This document shows, piece by piece, positions 1 to 8,992 of a stretch of 38,114 bases of DNA. The stretch is from a virus. Lineage: Duplodnaviria; Caudoviricetes. The position numbers were made by a program, and so were the translations under genes. Under the pieces are notes generated by a model, which saw only the letters and a list, made by a program, of their open reading frames with translations, searched no databases and was not told the DNA's origin. The stretch spans positions 1 through 38,114 of IMG/VR virus record IMGVR_UViG_3300009095_000007. The stretch is one strand, 5' to 3'. The first letter of the stretch is position 1. Each line of letters opens with the position of its first letter.

Positions 1-123
1 AGAGGATTGATTTGGAGATCCCCGATCAGGTGTTCCAGATTCAGCTTACGGATCATGGGGCTCCTCGTATTTGCGCAGCGCGTGACTACATCAACGAATG
101 GATCTATATCACCTATCCAACTC
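1..123. repeat. Terminal direct repeat, copy 1 (identical to 37992-38114); circular assembly overlap
   Basis: AGAGGATTGATTTGGAGATC...CCTATCCAACTC occurs at both ends, and the reading frame is continuous across the join. Confidence 0.95.
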
Positions 124-1070
124 CTGACAATACTGGTGTGTCGGTAGCCTATACATTCCCAACTCAAACGGTTCAGTATAACTACCGTGAAGGCACGTGG
201 GCTATTTTTAATGAGTGCTATACCACCTACGGACTCTTTAGAAAGAAAACAGGTCTCACCTGGTCTGCCGCTACTTTCACATGGGCTTCTGCGACGTTTG
301 CCTGGGATTCTGGAGAAAACACCCTTCTTCAACCAGAAGTAGTTGGAGGAAATCAGCAGGGATTTCTGATGCTAAGGGCTCAAGGTACAGGTGAGGGAAA
401 CTCTCTTTACATTCAGAATATTTCGGGCAATACTGTGACATCTCCGGATCACTGCCTGAATGAGGGCGATTATATAGTGCTATCTGGATGTCTAGGAACT
501 GTAGGAGACGGGGTCAATGGAAAAATATTCTCAGTTGCTAGTCCTACAGTTGATAGCTTTACTCTTGTTAATGACGATATCACTATTAGTGGCACTTACC
601 TAGGAAACGGCGTTATCAAGCGCATGTATGTACCTGAGATACAAACTCGGCAATTCCCTGTGTCTTGGGGGATGGGAAGAAAAACGCGCATAGGCCCTCA
701 GCAGTACCTATTTACCAGAACAGCCAATGGCCAGGTTACTCTGCAGATCTTCCTTAGCCAAAACGCAGTCTCTTCTTATAACAATCAGGCCGATAATGAC
801 TCCCTTATTTACAGCACTGTTCTATATACATGCCCAGAGAGTACTAATCTTGGCCTTACGGCGCCAAACACTAACCTACAAATGCCAACGGCAGCGCAAC
901 AGTCTCAAATTTGGCACAGGATGAACACTAGCCTTCTTGGAGATACAGTGCAGATTGGCTTTACATTAGATGATACTCAAATGCGTGACACCGACTTTTC
1001 CAATCAGTTTGTAGAGATAGAGCTCCACTCATTCATTTTGGACGTAAGTCCTAGCCAACTTTTGGTGTAA
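1..1070 (+). CDS. C-terminal part of the tail nozzle/virion stabilisation-like protein that starts at 36311
   Basis: In frame with the ORF at 36311 through the terminal overlap (38003-36311=1692, divisible by 3). Lies between adaptor and ejection genes, as P22 gp10/T7 gp12 do. Confidence 0.7.
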   Translation, partial: RIDLEIPDQVFQIQLTDHGAPRICAARDYINEWIYITYPTPDNTGVSVAYTFPTQTVQYNYREGTWAIFNECYTTYGLFRKKTGLTWSAATFTWASATFAWDSGENTLLQPEVVGGNQQGFLMLRAQGTGEGNSLYIQNISGNTVTSPDHCLNEGDYIVLSGCLGTVGDGVNGKIFSVASPTVDSFTLVNDDITISGTYLGNGVIKRMYVPEIQTRQFPVSWGMGRKTRIGPQQYLFTRTANGQVTLQIFLSQNAVSSYNNQADNDSLIYSTVLYTCPESTNLGLTAPNTNLQMPTAAQQSQIWHRMNTSLLGDTVQIGFTLDDTQMRDTDFSNQFVEIELHSFILDVSPSQLLV

Positions 1071-1071
1071 C

Positions 1072-1533
1072 ATGAGTAATCAAGCCCCCTTCCTTAGAAG
1101 CTCCTGGCAGTTTCCTGATGATAACCCTCAGGCTCTAGGGGTAGAGATAGATAGAGCCTACTTGGCTATTGCTAACAACGTAAACGCGAGAACTATTGGT
1201 GTATTCCCGGATAACGTTCCTATTGGAAACGGTGAGAGATGGTACCTCAGTGGACAGTCCCACGCGGGACAAAGGAAAGTGTTCACATTTACAGCCACAG
1301 GCAACATTGCGCATGGTTTGGACATATCCACAATCACTTACTTCACGAATTGCTTCGGGTCGTACACGGACGGTACTAATATTTATGGACTGATCTTTGC
1401 GGGAAGTACCCCTGTGGCAGATCAAAACTCTTTTTACATCACTAGTACTAACATTGTCGTTGGTGCTGGAGCTGGCGCCCCTCCGTCGATTACTTCTGGG
1501 ATTGTTTGCTTAGAATTTATATCTCAAGTCTAG
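1072..1533 (+). CDS. Putative virion structural protein
   Basis: 153-aa ORF starting 1 nt after the previous stop; beta-rich, G/T/S-rich composition. Confidence 0.6.
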   Translation: MSNQAPFLRSSWQFPDDNPQALGVEIDRAYLAIANNVNARTIGVFPDNVPIGNGERWYLSGQSHAGQRKVFTFTATGNIAHGLDISTITYFTNCFGSYTDGTNIYGLIFAGSTPVADQNSFYITSTNIVVGAGAGAPPSITSGIVCLEFISQV

Positions 1534-1682
1534 CAGTTTCTAAGCAGCATAGCAAAAAACAGTGTCCCCGCAAGTCCCGTGGCAAATAAGCTCTGACAAC
1601 CATACATCTGATCTGTAGCGCTTAAGAGCACCATGAATAGGCATATCATCATGCCTAGGAAGAAGGCTATTTGTTTAAACAT
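1530..1682 (-). CDS. Small two-TM membrane protein, antisense to the structural operon
   Basis: MFKQIAFFLGMMICLFMVLL...GLAGTLFFAMLLRNC has two hydrophobic stretches and fills an intergenic gap. Confidence 0.5.
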   Translation of the reverse strand: MFKQIAFFLGMMICLFMVLLSATDQMYGCQSLFATGLAGTLFFAMLLRNC

Positions 1683-1696
1683 TTTAACCCTTTGTA

Positions 1697-1714
1697 TATC
1701 AATATATATTGATA
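1697..1714. promoter_or_regulatory. Perfect 18-bp palindrome TATCAATATATATTGATA, putative operator
   Basis: Self-complementary and intergenic; related copies at 11802, 20361 and 22489. Confidence 0.6.
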
Positions 1715-1799
1715 GCATACTCCATTTAACTCAATGTTTCAAAAATCTACTGATGCAAAAATAAGGGCGGTATATGATAGAGAAAACGATAGGTGATTT

Positions 1800-2381
1800 A
1801 TGAGCATGATGCCACAAGCTGCTCCAAAGCTAAACGGTAGTGCTGGAGGCTTAGTTGGGCCTACACAAGCGGGAATGAACTCTTTAATGGGGGGAAACAG
1901 CATCCCTCGAGGATACCGCCTAGGCAAAATTCAACAATTTTCTCCCGAGCAAGTCGAACTCTTTTCTCAATTGTTTTCTCATGTCGGCCCACAGTCTTAT
2001 TTATCTAGGTTATCCCGAGGAGAAGAGGGTTTGCCTGATGAAGAGCAAGCCTGGAGAGATTACCAGGGATCTATTGGGGGTCTAGCTAGCCGATTCAGCG
2101 GAATGGGAACCGGACTGCAGAAGTCCAGCGGATTTCAAAATACGATGTCTCAGTCAGCGCAAGATTTTGCTTTGGGATTAAAATCTCAGCGCCAACAGCT
2201 TCAGAGAGAGGCATTACAAGAGCTTTTTGGTCTATCAGAAGCGCTTCTAGGCCAAAGACCTTCAGAACAATTTCTGGTTCAAAAATCTCCTAAAACTCCT
2301 AGCTTTTTAAAACAATTAGGATTGGGTGCAGCTTCTGGATTGTCTCATGCTGCAGGCGGCATATTCGGCTCATTTTTATAG
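1800..2381 (+). CDS. Putative DNA ejection/pilot (internal virion) protein
   Basis: G/Q/S-rich helical protein with a Gly-rich hydrophobic C-terminus; sits after the nozzle gene as in podoviruses. Confidence 0.55.
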   Translation: MSMMPQAAPKLNGSAGGLVGPTQAGMNSLMGGNSIPRGYRLGKIQQFSPEQVELFSQLFSHVGPQSYLSRLSRGEEGLPDEEQAWRDYQGSIGGLASRFSGMGTGLQKSSGFQNTMSQSAQDFALGLKSQRQQLQREALQELFGLSEALLGQRPSEQFLVQKSPKTPSFLKQLGLGAASGLSHAAGGIFGSFL

Positions 2382-2388
2382 GTAAATT

Positions 2389-4212
2389 ATGGTTCAGATC
2401 ATTCCAGAGAATAAAAGAAAACAATCCTTCTCTTCGCTTCTTGGTGAAAGATTGGGGACTGGCCTATCTCATGGTCTCATTTCAGGGATTGAAAATAAAA
2501 GAGCAATGGAACGCGATTTTGCCAAACAATTTGCGTCGGGTAAGCAAGCTAAGCAAGAAGAGAGAGTTCGGGCTATTGAAGGTGGCCTTGGAACTTTAGA
2601 GCAAATGAAAGGAATTTTAGGGCGAGGAAAACTCGGAAAAGGTTCAGGATTTTCAGCGTTGTTCTCTCCGGAAGTTAGAAGAGATCGCGCAGAATTTGAG
2701 CAGTTAGGAAGATCTTTAATCCCTCTTGTTTCGGCCGGGGTTTCCATTAGAAACCAGAAAGAATTTGAAGAATACAAAAAAATCATCACAGATCCTAGCG
2801 CTTATCAAGACGAAATTGCTGGAGCTATCGCCGGATTAGAAAGCTTGTTAAGCCGTACCATGCAAATGAGCGCAGAAGATCATCCACTTGCCCAATTTGA
2901 TCTAAAAAAAAAAGAGCCTTCTAGATTAGCCAAAGAAGAGGAGTCTCCTATCGGTGACGATGTTCCTTTTCATGAAGTAAAAGGACCCGAAGAGACCAAA
3001 GCGGGCCCTTCAAGATTACAGTCTTTGTTATCAGCAGCTCCTAAGGGAGCTATTAAAAGTTTAGAATCCATCGGGGAACTGTTAAACATTCCTGTGGATT
3101 CTCTAACTAACATGCTATCTCCCGAATTTGCTGAAAGAAAAAAGAAGTTTAAGACACAGCGAGAAGAATGGGTAGAGAAAGCCCTACCTACTTTAGAGGG
3201 TCCTGTAGAAGACATTCTTCAGTTTGCAGGAGAACAGCTCCCTTTTGTAGCTACCGGACCTGGAGGCGCTCTTGCAAAAGGAGGAGCTGCCTTTGCTGGG
3301 GGCCTCGCTAAAAAGGGAGCTAAAGAAGTTGGCCTTCCCGAGTGGGCGCAGGATCTTGCGTCAGGAGTTGGAATTGCGGCACCGGGTCTTGCTAAAGCGG
3401 CCCTTTCTAAGGTAATCAAGCCATCAGCTGCGCAAAAAGAAGTAGTAGATTTTCTTCGATCTAAAGGTCTTTCGGAAAAACAGATTACTCCTATCATTCA
3501 AGATGAGAAAAAGCTAGCTGCTCTTTCCAAAGTAGCTTTTAAATATCCCGAGAAAAGCCCATTTATTCGAGAGATTAGAGACAATCTTGGCTCTTTATAT
3601 GAACAAGTTTACTCCAAAGGGGCGCAGAAGGCTCTTGGTGATCAAGGGCTTTCTATCTTTACGAGCGATCTCAACAAAGCACTGCAGTCTTTAAATCCTA
3701 GATATAGAGATGCGCTAAAAAAAGAAGTAGAGCTCCTTTTCAGCGAACCGATCACTTTCAAATCTTTAGCTGAATTTGAGCATGCAGCCAACGATGCATT
3801 GCGAGGAATGACCGGTGGAAAACGTTCGATAGGAGTTCTTAAAGATGTCGCCAAAAAGACGATGAAATATTTGGATCCAGCTCTTTCTAAGGAACATGAG
3901 ATGGTTAACAAATCTTATGCACAGCTTGCTAATTTCACCGAACATATGACTAAGAAACAGGCTGATTCCTTTCTTAAGCTTGAGAAGATTAATCCGGGCA
4001 TAGCGGCTGCAGTCAGTCTAAATTTTGCCGCCTTTCCTAAACTGGGACTAACGGCGGCAGCGGCCCCCTATGTGGCTCGTAAATTTTTAACTAGCCCTAG
4101 ACTTCAAAGGCTTCATGCTAAAATGTTTTCAGAAATGGAAAAAGGGAAGGTTCAGAACGTGTTAAAGCTGGGACAGGTGTTTACAAAGGCCTTGGAAGAA
4201 AAAGAAAGTTAG
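2389..4212 (+). CDS. Putative large DNA ejection/transfer protein
   Basis: 607 aa, A/K/L/E-rich helical, with Gly/Ala hydrophobic segments; synteny with ejection genes. Confidence 0.55.
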   Translation: MVQIIPENKRKQSFSSLLGERLGTGLSHGLISGIENKRAMERDFAKQFASGKQAKQEERVRAIEGGLGTLEQMKGILGRGKLGKGSGFSALFSPEVRRDRAEFEQLGRSLIPLVSAGVSIRNQKEFEEYKKIITDPSAYQDEIAGAIAGLESLLSRTMQMSAEDHPLAQFDLKKKEPSRLAKEEESPIGDDVPFHEVKGPEETKAGPSRLQSLLSAAPKGAIKSLESIGELLNIPVDSLTNMLSPEFAERKKKFKTQREEWVEKALPTLEGPVEDILQFAGEQLPFVATGPGGALAKGGAAFAGGLAKKGAKEVGLPEWAQDLASGVGIAAPGLAKAALSKVIKPSAAQKEVVDFLRSKGLSEKQITPIIQDEKKLAALSKVAFKYPEKSPFIREIRDNLGSLYEQVYSKGAQKALGDQGLSIFTSDLNKALQSLNPRYRDALKKEVELLFSEPITFKSLAEFEHAANDALRGMTGGKRSIGVLKDVAKKTMKYLDPALSKEHEMVNKSYAQLANFTEHMTKKQADSFLKLEKINPGIAAAVSLNFAAFPKLGLTAAAAPYVARKFLTSPRLQRLHAKMFSEMEKGKVQNVLKLGQVFTKALEEKES

Positions 4213-4376
4213 TCTAAGTCATATTTGGAAGCATAGTAGTCGTCCCAAGGGTACGATTCCTCTTCTTCTCTTTTAGATTTTGCTGATGCATTGCGGACGC
4301 TATCTATGATTTCCCATGCGCACTCCCATAAAATCCATACGCATATAAAAGTTATTACTGATCCTGGAATCCACAT
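4209..4376 (-). CDS. Small single-TM membrane protein, antisense
   Basis: ATG at 4376 preceded by AGGAGG on the minus strand (4381-4386); N-terminal hydrophobic helix and acidic tail. Confidence 0.6.
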   Translation of the reverse strand: MWIPGSVITFICVWILWECAWEIIDSVRNASAKSKREEEESYPWDDYYASKYDLD

Positions 4377-4644
4377 ATTTCCTCCTAAAAAATGAAATGG
4401 TTGCCCCCTATCTATATCAAGGCTGACCCTCAAATACCGGAGTCATCCAAACAATCCCCGTCCGTGACTACTTCCTACTTTCCAACCATATTTCCATCAT
4501 TCTAACCAATAAGATAAGCTAATTTAACGGTTTTTGTCTATTAAAAACAATTAAAACTAGTTTCTAATTAAATACTATAATATCCCTTTCCAATTAATCC
4601 ACTAAATTTTACTCTATAGACAAGTAAAAATTAGGTGGTACCCT

Positions 4645-5406
4645 ATGACAAGTTCTCCTTCAGTCAATCTTTACTCTCAAGGGGGCGGGACTGCCTCTTC
4701 AGCTCAATTTCCAAGCTCTCCTGTAAGAGCAACAAGAGCTCCAGCAACAACAGATGTTAAAGGTCAGTTTGGCCTTTTCCCAATCGGTCAGATTTGGATA
4801 GACACTTCTGCTCCTGCTAACTACATGTTATCTGACTTTACTGCTTCAGCTGGAACAGTTACAGCAACATGGAACCTTCTCAGTGCAGGTTCTGGAGATT
4901 TAGACACTTTAGATGGTGACAGCGGAAGCGCGACTCCAACAGCGGGGGCAATCACTATTGCTGGAACTGCTAACGAAGTGTCTACGAGTGCAACAGGAAG
5001 TACAGTAACATTATCTTTACCGTCCGCAATAACAGCTCCTGGGTCTTTGACAACAACAACCACTCTTACAGCAACAGCGGGTGATATCACCGCTACAGAT
5101 GGTAACCTTGTTCTAGGGACTGCTGGTAACAAAATTGAAATCGCTACTGGAGCAGATGCGTCTGCTGGGAGTGCAACTCTTACAGCTGGTACTGTAACCG
5201 TCTCAACAAGCGCAGTAACAGCCGATTCACTGATCTATATTAGCAGAAAAAGCATTGGGGCTACAGGAGCTGCTGCTACTGGAAATTTAGTAGTGGGAAC
5301 TGTAACCGCAGGGACTTCATTTGTAATTAACTCGGTAGACCCAGCGGATGCAACTTCACTTCAAGCTACCGACGTGTCCGTGATCGATTGGGTAATTATA
5401 AACTAA
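4645..5406 (+). CDS. Tail/virion-associated protein (T/A/G/S-rich)
   Basis: 253-aa ORF with fibre-like composition; first gene of the tail appendage cluster. Confidence 0.65.
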   Translation: MTSSPSVNLYSQGGGTASSAQFPSSPVRATRAPATTDVKGQFGLFPIGQIWIDTSAPANYMLSDFTASAGTVTATWNLLSAGSGDLDTLDGDSGSATPTAGAITIAGTANEVSTSATGSTVTLSLPSAITAPGSLTTTTTLTATAGDITATDGNLVLGTAGNKIEIATGADASAGSATLTAGTVTVSTSAVTADSLIYISRKSIGATGAAATGNLVVGTVTAGTSFVINSVDPADATSLQATDVSVIDWVIIN

Positions 5407-5415
5407 GGTAAGATC

Positions 5416-5772
5416 ATGAACCAAAGTACAAGTATAGTATTTAACCCTTTGATAAGCGTGGATAGCGCTACTTTTACAGGCTCTTATATTGCCTTTGGTA
5501 CAGGGTTTACCTATCCAGTTCGCATCTTACACATTGTGAATAACTCCGATCAGAATGCCACGATCTCTTTTGATGGAGGGACGACTGATCACCTTCTTAT
5601 TCCAGCAGGTTCGTTCGTTCTTTACGACTTTGGCACTAACAAGGGCGAGAGTGCTCCTGTCTTGGAGCTTAAGAAAGGCAGTCCTATGGTGATCAAAGGA
5701 AGTGCTGGAACAGGCCTTGTATATGCTATGTCAGCAGCAGCCGTTACTCCCACAATGACAATCCCTAGTTAG
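5416..5772 (+). CDS. Putative small structural beta-sandwich protein
   Basis: 118-aa ORF with AAGGT RBS, in the tail cluster. Confidence 0.55.
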   Translation: MNQSTSIVFNPLISVDSATFTGSYIAFGTGFTYPVRILHIVNNSDQNATISFDGGTTDHLLIPAGSFVLYDFGTNKGESAPVLELKKGSPMVIKGSAGTGLVYAMSAAAVTPTMTIPS

Positions 5773-5780
5773 GAGGATCA

Positions 5781-8051
5781 ATGTCCCAAGCAGGAAAGCT
5801 CTCAGAAGGTAACCCTTCGATACCAGGGATTGAAACCCTAACTGGTGATTCAGGGGGCGCGGTTCCAGGATCGGGTTCGCCGGTCAATATTGATATCGTG
5901 GGAGGATCTGGGATCACTACTGTTGGCGATCCAGGTACTAGCACTCTTACTATTGATATATCTGCCGGAAGGTATCCGATTAGTCCTTATGTAGTGGGGC
6001 CAATCGGTCAAGCTGATTACCAAACCATTCAGGCTGGAATTGACGCAGCTAATGCAGCTGGTGGCGGAGAAGTATATATCCAACCAGGACAGTACACGGA
6101 AAATCTTACTCTATACAACAATGTAGACCTAGTGGGAGCACAAGCAATTGCTCATGGGGACTATGTTAATATCATAGGAACTCACACTCCTCCCACTAGT
6201 GGTAATGTTAGGTTCTACGGAGTTTCCTTCACAGCGAATTCAGGAAGCGTATTTTCTTCTGCAGCAGCGGGCACAACCAATCTTCTATTTGACTCATGTA
6301 TCACTACCGTTACTTCAGGGTACATGTTTGATCTTGTCAACTGGACTGGTGATCTCGTTATGTTTGCTGGAGAGATTGGCGGGGCTGCTAACAGCTTTGT
6401 AAATAACACTGGCGGTTCTACAGTCATCGTTTACACTCTTACTCTAGGAACTGCAGTAAGTGGAACGGCGATCATTCACGGCGATCTACTAATGGTAAAT
6501 ACTCAGTGTAGCATCGCACTTAATTTAGGTGGTTCAGGGGTCAGTTCTATTAACGGCGGGTGTCAGTTCACCAACGCTATTACGCTGAGTGACTCTCATG
6601 CTCTAACTATGCAGAACTCTGCTGTTGATACCGGAGCTATCACGCCCTTTACCACAACTTCTTCGGGCGAGCTAACTCTGGAAGATATCAATATAAATAC
6701 TTCCAACTCTACGGCTATTGCAGGGACTGGGGGTGTGACTTTTGGTAATGTCTCGTATGCAGACTCATGTGTTGTGGCCGGAACGATTACACAGACATAC
6801 GAAAGAGCGATTGGAAGAATGTCCCCCTATATTGTCGGGCCTTCAGGCAATTTTGCTACCATCCAAGCGGCTTTAGATGCAGCCAATGCAGCTGGTGGAG
6901 GTACAGTATACGTTCAACCTGGGACTTATACCGAAGACCTCACTCTCTACAGTATGGTGACTATTGTAGGGCTTACAGGAGTTCCAGCCCTTCAGGATGT
7001 TAAAATTGTAGGCACTCATACCCCTCCTCTAACTGGATCTTTCTCTACTCAGCATATCTATTGGTCAGGAACTAACGCGGTTATCTCCTCTGCAGCTGCA
7101 GGTACAGCGACTATTACATTTGAGGAAGCGGACTTAGAGATTACGGGAACAGGGCCAGCGTTTGACGTGCCGAACTGGGCAGGAGAAATATTCTTCTTCG
7201 ATATTGATACGCATGGAGCTAACAACTCTTTCATAGACAACTCTACGGGATCAGCCGATTTTGCCTTGTTTAACATGACAGTTGGGAATTCGGTAACAGC
7301 AGCTACTATGCAATTTGGTACTGGAAATGTTCTTATTACCAACGTACAGCTTGGAGTAGAAGTTCAGTTCAACGGAGGCTCTTTCAATATCCAAGGTGGA
7401 AGCTGGATATACAACACGATAACTGCTTCTTCTAATTCGACAGGTCATATTGTAAATAGCTATTTTGATACAGGGGCAGCGCCCGCTTTCACGATGTCCT
7501 CCTCTGGTGCTGTAACTCTTGCAAATTGCGTAATAAACTCTTCTAACAATCCTTCCATTACTGGTGCAGGGGCTGGATCTCTAACCGTTGCTAACTGCTC
7601 GTTTTTAGATAATGATCAATATACAGGTGGATTGACCGTAGATTACACTTTTCAAGGTGCTGCCGGAGAGGGGACGACAGGGCAAGTTTTAACCAGTAAT
7701 GGTCCTGGAAATCTTCCTACATGGGAAAATAGCACTAATGGGTCTTGGGAAGATCAAAGCGGGGTATTTAATGCGGCTTCGGGAACAAATTACTTTCTAA
7801 CCGCCGCTTCTACAGCTACTCTACCTGGATCTCCTTCACAAGGAGATACTATTAGATTTGCAGTGAATACAGCAGGCGCCTGTGTGATTACAGCAAATAC
7901 AGGACAGACTATCCGTGTATCTTCGACTACTTCAAGCGTTGCCGGTACAGCCACAAATACAGCTAACGGAGACTGCCTACATTTAGTATACAACTCAACC
8001 AGCACCTTATGGATGACCGTAGCGTCTATGGGTAACTGGGTATTAGCATAG
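5781..8051 (+). CDS. Tailspike with two tandem pectin-lyase-like beta-helix modules
   Basis: Motif TIQAxxDAANAAGGGxVYxQPGxYTExLTL occurs twice (from about 5982 and 6822), typical of beta-helix N-caps; AGGAGG RBS. Confidence 0.75.
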   Translation: MSQAGKLSEGNPSIPGIETLTGDSGGAVPGSGSPVNIDIVGGSGITTVGDPGTSTLTIDISAGRYPISPYVVGPIGQADYQTIQAGIDAANAAGGGEVYIQPGQYTENLTLYNNVDLVGAQAIAHGDYVNIIGTHTPPTSGNVRFYGVSFTANSGSVFSSAAAGTTNLLFDSCITTVTSGYMFDLVNWTGDLVMFAGEIGGAANSFVNNTGGSTVIVYTLTLGTAVSGTAIIHGDLLMVNTQCSIALNLGGSGVSSINGGCQFTNAITLSDSHALTMQNSAVDTGAITPFTTTSSGELTLEDININTSNSTAIAGTGGVTFGNVSYADSCVVAGTITQTYERAIGRMSPYIVGPSGNFATIQAALDAANAAGGGTVYVQPGTYTEDLTLYSMVTIVGLTGVPALQDVKIVGTHTPPLTGSFSTQHIYWSGTNAVISSAAAGTATITFEEADLEITGTGPAFDVPNWAGEIFFFDIDTHGANNSFIDNSTGSADFALFNMTVGNSVTAATMQFGTGNVLITNVQLGVEVQFNGGSFNIQGGSWIYNTITASSNSTGHIVNSYFDTGAAPAFTMSSSGAVTLANCVINSSNNPSITGAGAGSLTVANCSFLDNDQYTGGLTVDYTFQGAAGEGTTGQVLTSNGPGNLPTWENSTNGSWEDQSGVFNAASGTNYFLTAASTATLPGSPSQGDTIRFAVNTAGACVITANTGQTIRVSSTTSSVAGTATNTANGDCLHLVYNSTSTLWMTVASMGNWVLA

Positions 8052-8058
8052 GTGCATT

Positions 8059-8817
8059 ATGACAGGAACCAATAACTCAGCCAACCATCAGGTTACACAG
8101 TACAACTTGATAACAGGGGGTGCATCCAATTTGTTGAACAATGTGGCTCCTAGCGCTACTTCTGGTGTCCCTGTAATTTCTCAAGGATCTAGCGCCAACC
8201 CGACATTTGGCACAGCCGTTGTTGCAGGGGGAGGTACAGGAGCTACTTCTCTTACGGATCATGGGGTTTTGGTAGGAAGCGGAACCTCTCCTATTGATGC
8301 CCTAGCTGTGGGGGCCACAGGTACAGTTCTTGGGGGGGTAACAGGAGCAGATCCCGCATTTACTGCTACTCCATCCGTTACTAGTATCACTTTTGGAGCA
8401 GGAAGTGCTTTAGGGAATTACATAGCAACCACTGCGTGGACTCCTACAGTTGTTGGTAGCACAGGGGCTGGAACAGCTAATTATACTATACAAGTCGGTC
8501 AATATGTGCGTATAGGGTCACTTGTGTATGTTATGTTCTCTTTGCAATGGAATACAGGAACTGGGACAGGAAACTTGTTAATAGGAGGTCTTCCTATTGC
8601 GCCTAATTCCGGAACGGCTTGGAGACCGGTTGGTGACGTTCAGTTAGGAAGCGCCGCTGCTCCCCCTGCTAATACAGTAGATGTTCAGGCGATTATAGCC
8701 GGAGATGTCTCTTCTTCTAACATTTTTATTCAAACAACGGATAGTTCAGGAAACGGCCAAAATGTGTCTTATCCAACAGCTGGGAGCATAAATGGGTCTA
8801 TATGGTATTTTGCTTAA
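8059..8817 (+). CDS. Tail fibre protein
   Basis: GGTGATSLT fibre motif and a C-terminal WTPTV...GQYVRIGSLVYV...IGGLP receptor-binding-type domain. Confidence 0.75.
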   Translation: MTGTNNSANHQVTQYNLITGGASNLLNNVAPSATSGVPVISQGSSANPTFGTAVVAGGGTGATSLTDHGVLVGSGTSPIDALAVGATGTVLGGVTGADPAFTATPSVTSITFGAGSALGNYIATTAWTPTVVGSTGAGTANYTIQVGQYVRIGSLVYVMFSLQWNTGTGTGNLLIGGLPIAPNSGTAWRPVGDVQLGSAAAPPANTVDVQAIIAGDVSSSNIFIQTTDSSGNGQNVSYPTAGSINGSIWYFA

Positions 8818-8986
8818 ATCAAGAATAGTCTGCATATTAATTCCCATGATTCTTTTGTCTGGTTGTTCCCTATGGGAATATCTTTCTACTCCGGACAATG
8901 CAGTAGAAGAAATAGCAGAAGCGGCGCTTGATCATTACACAGGGATTGATCTAGACTTCACACCAGGGACCCCGGAAAAACACTGA
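8792..8986 (+). CDS. Small lipoprotein
   Basis: Hydrophobic signal ending in lipobox LLSGC, followed by an acidic mature part. Confidence 0.6.
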   Translation: MGLYGILLKSRIVCILIPMILLSGCSLWEYLSTPDNAVEEIAEAALDHYTGIDLDFTPGTPEKH

Positions 8987-8992
8987 GGAAAA

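Noticed and set aside
1-123. Biological terminal repeat of the packaged genome
   Set aside because: It falls mid-gene and has the size of an assembler overlap; it indicates circularity or permutation only.
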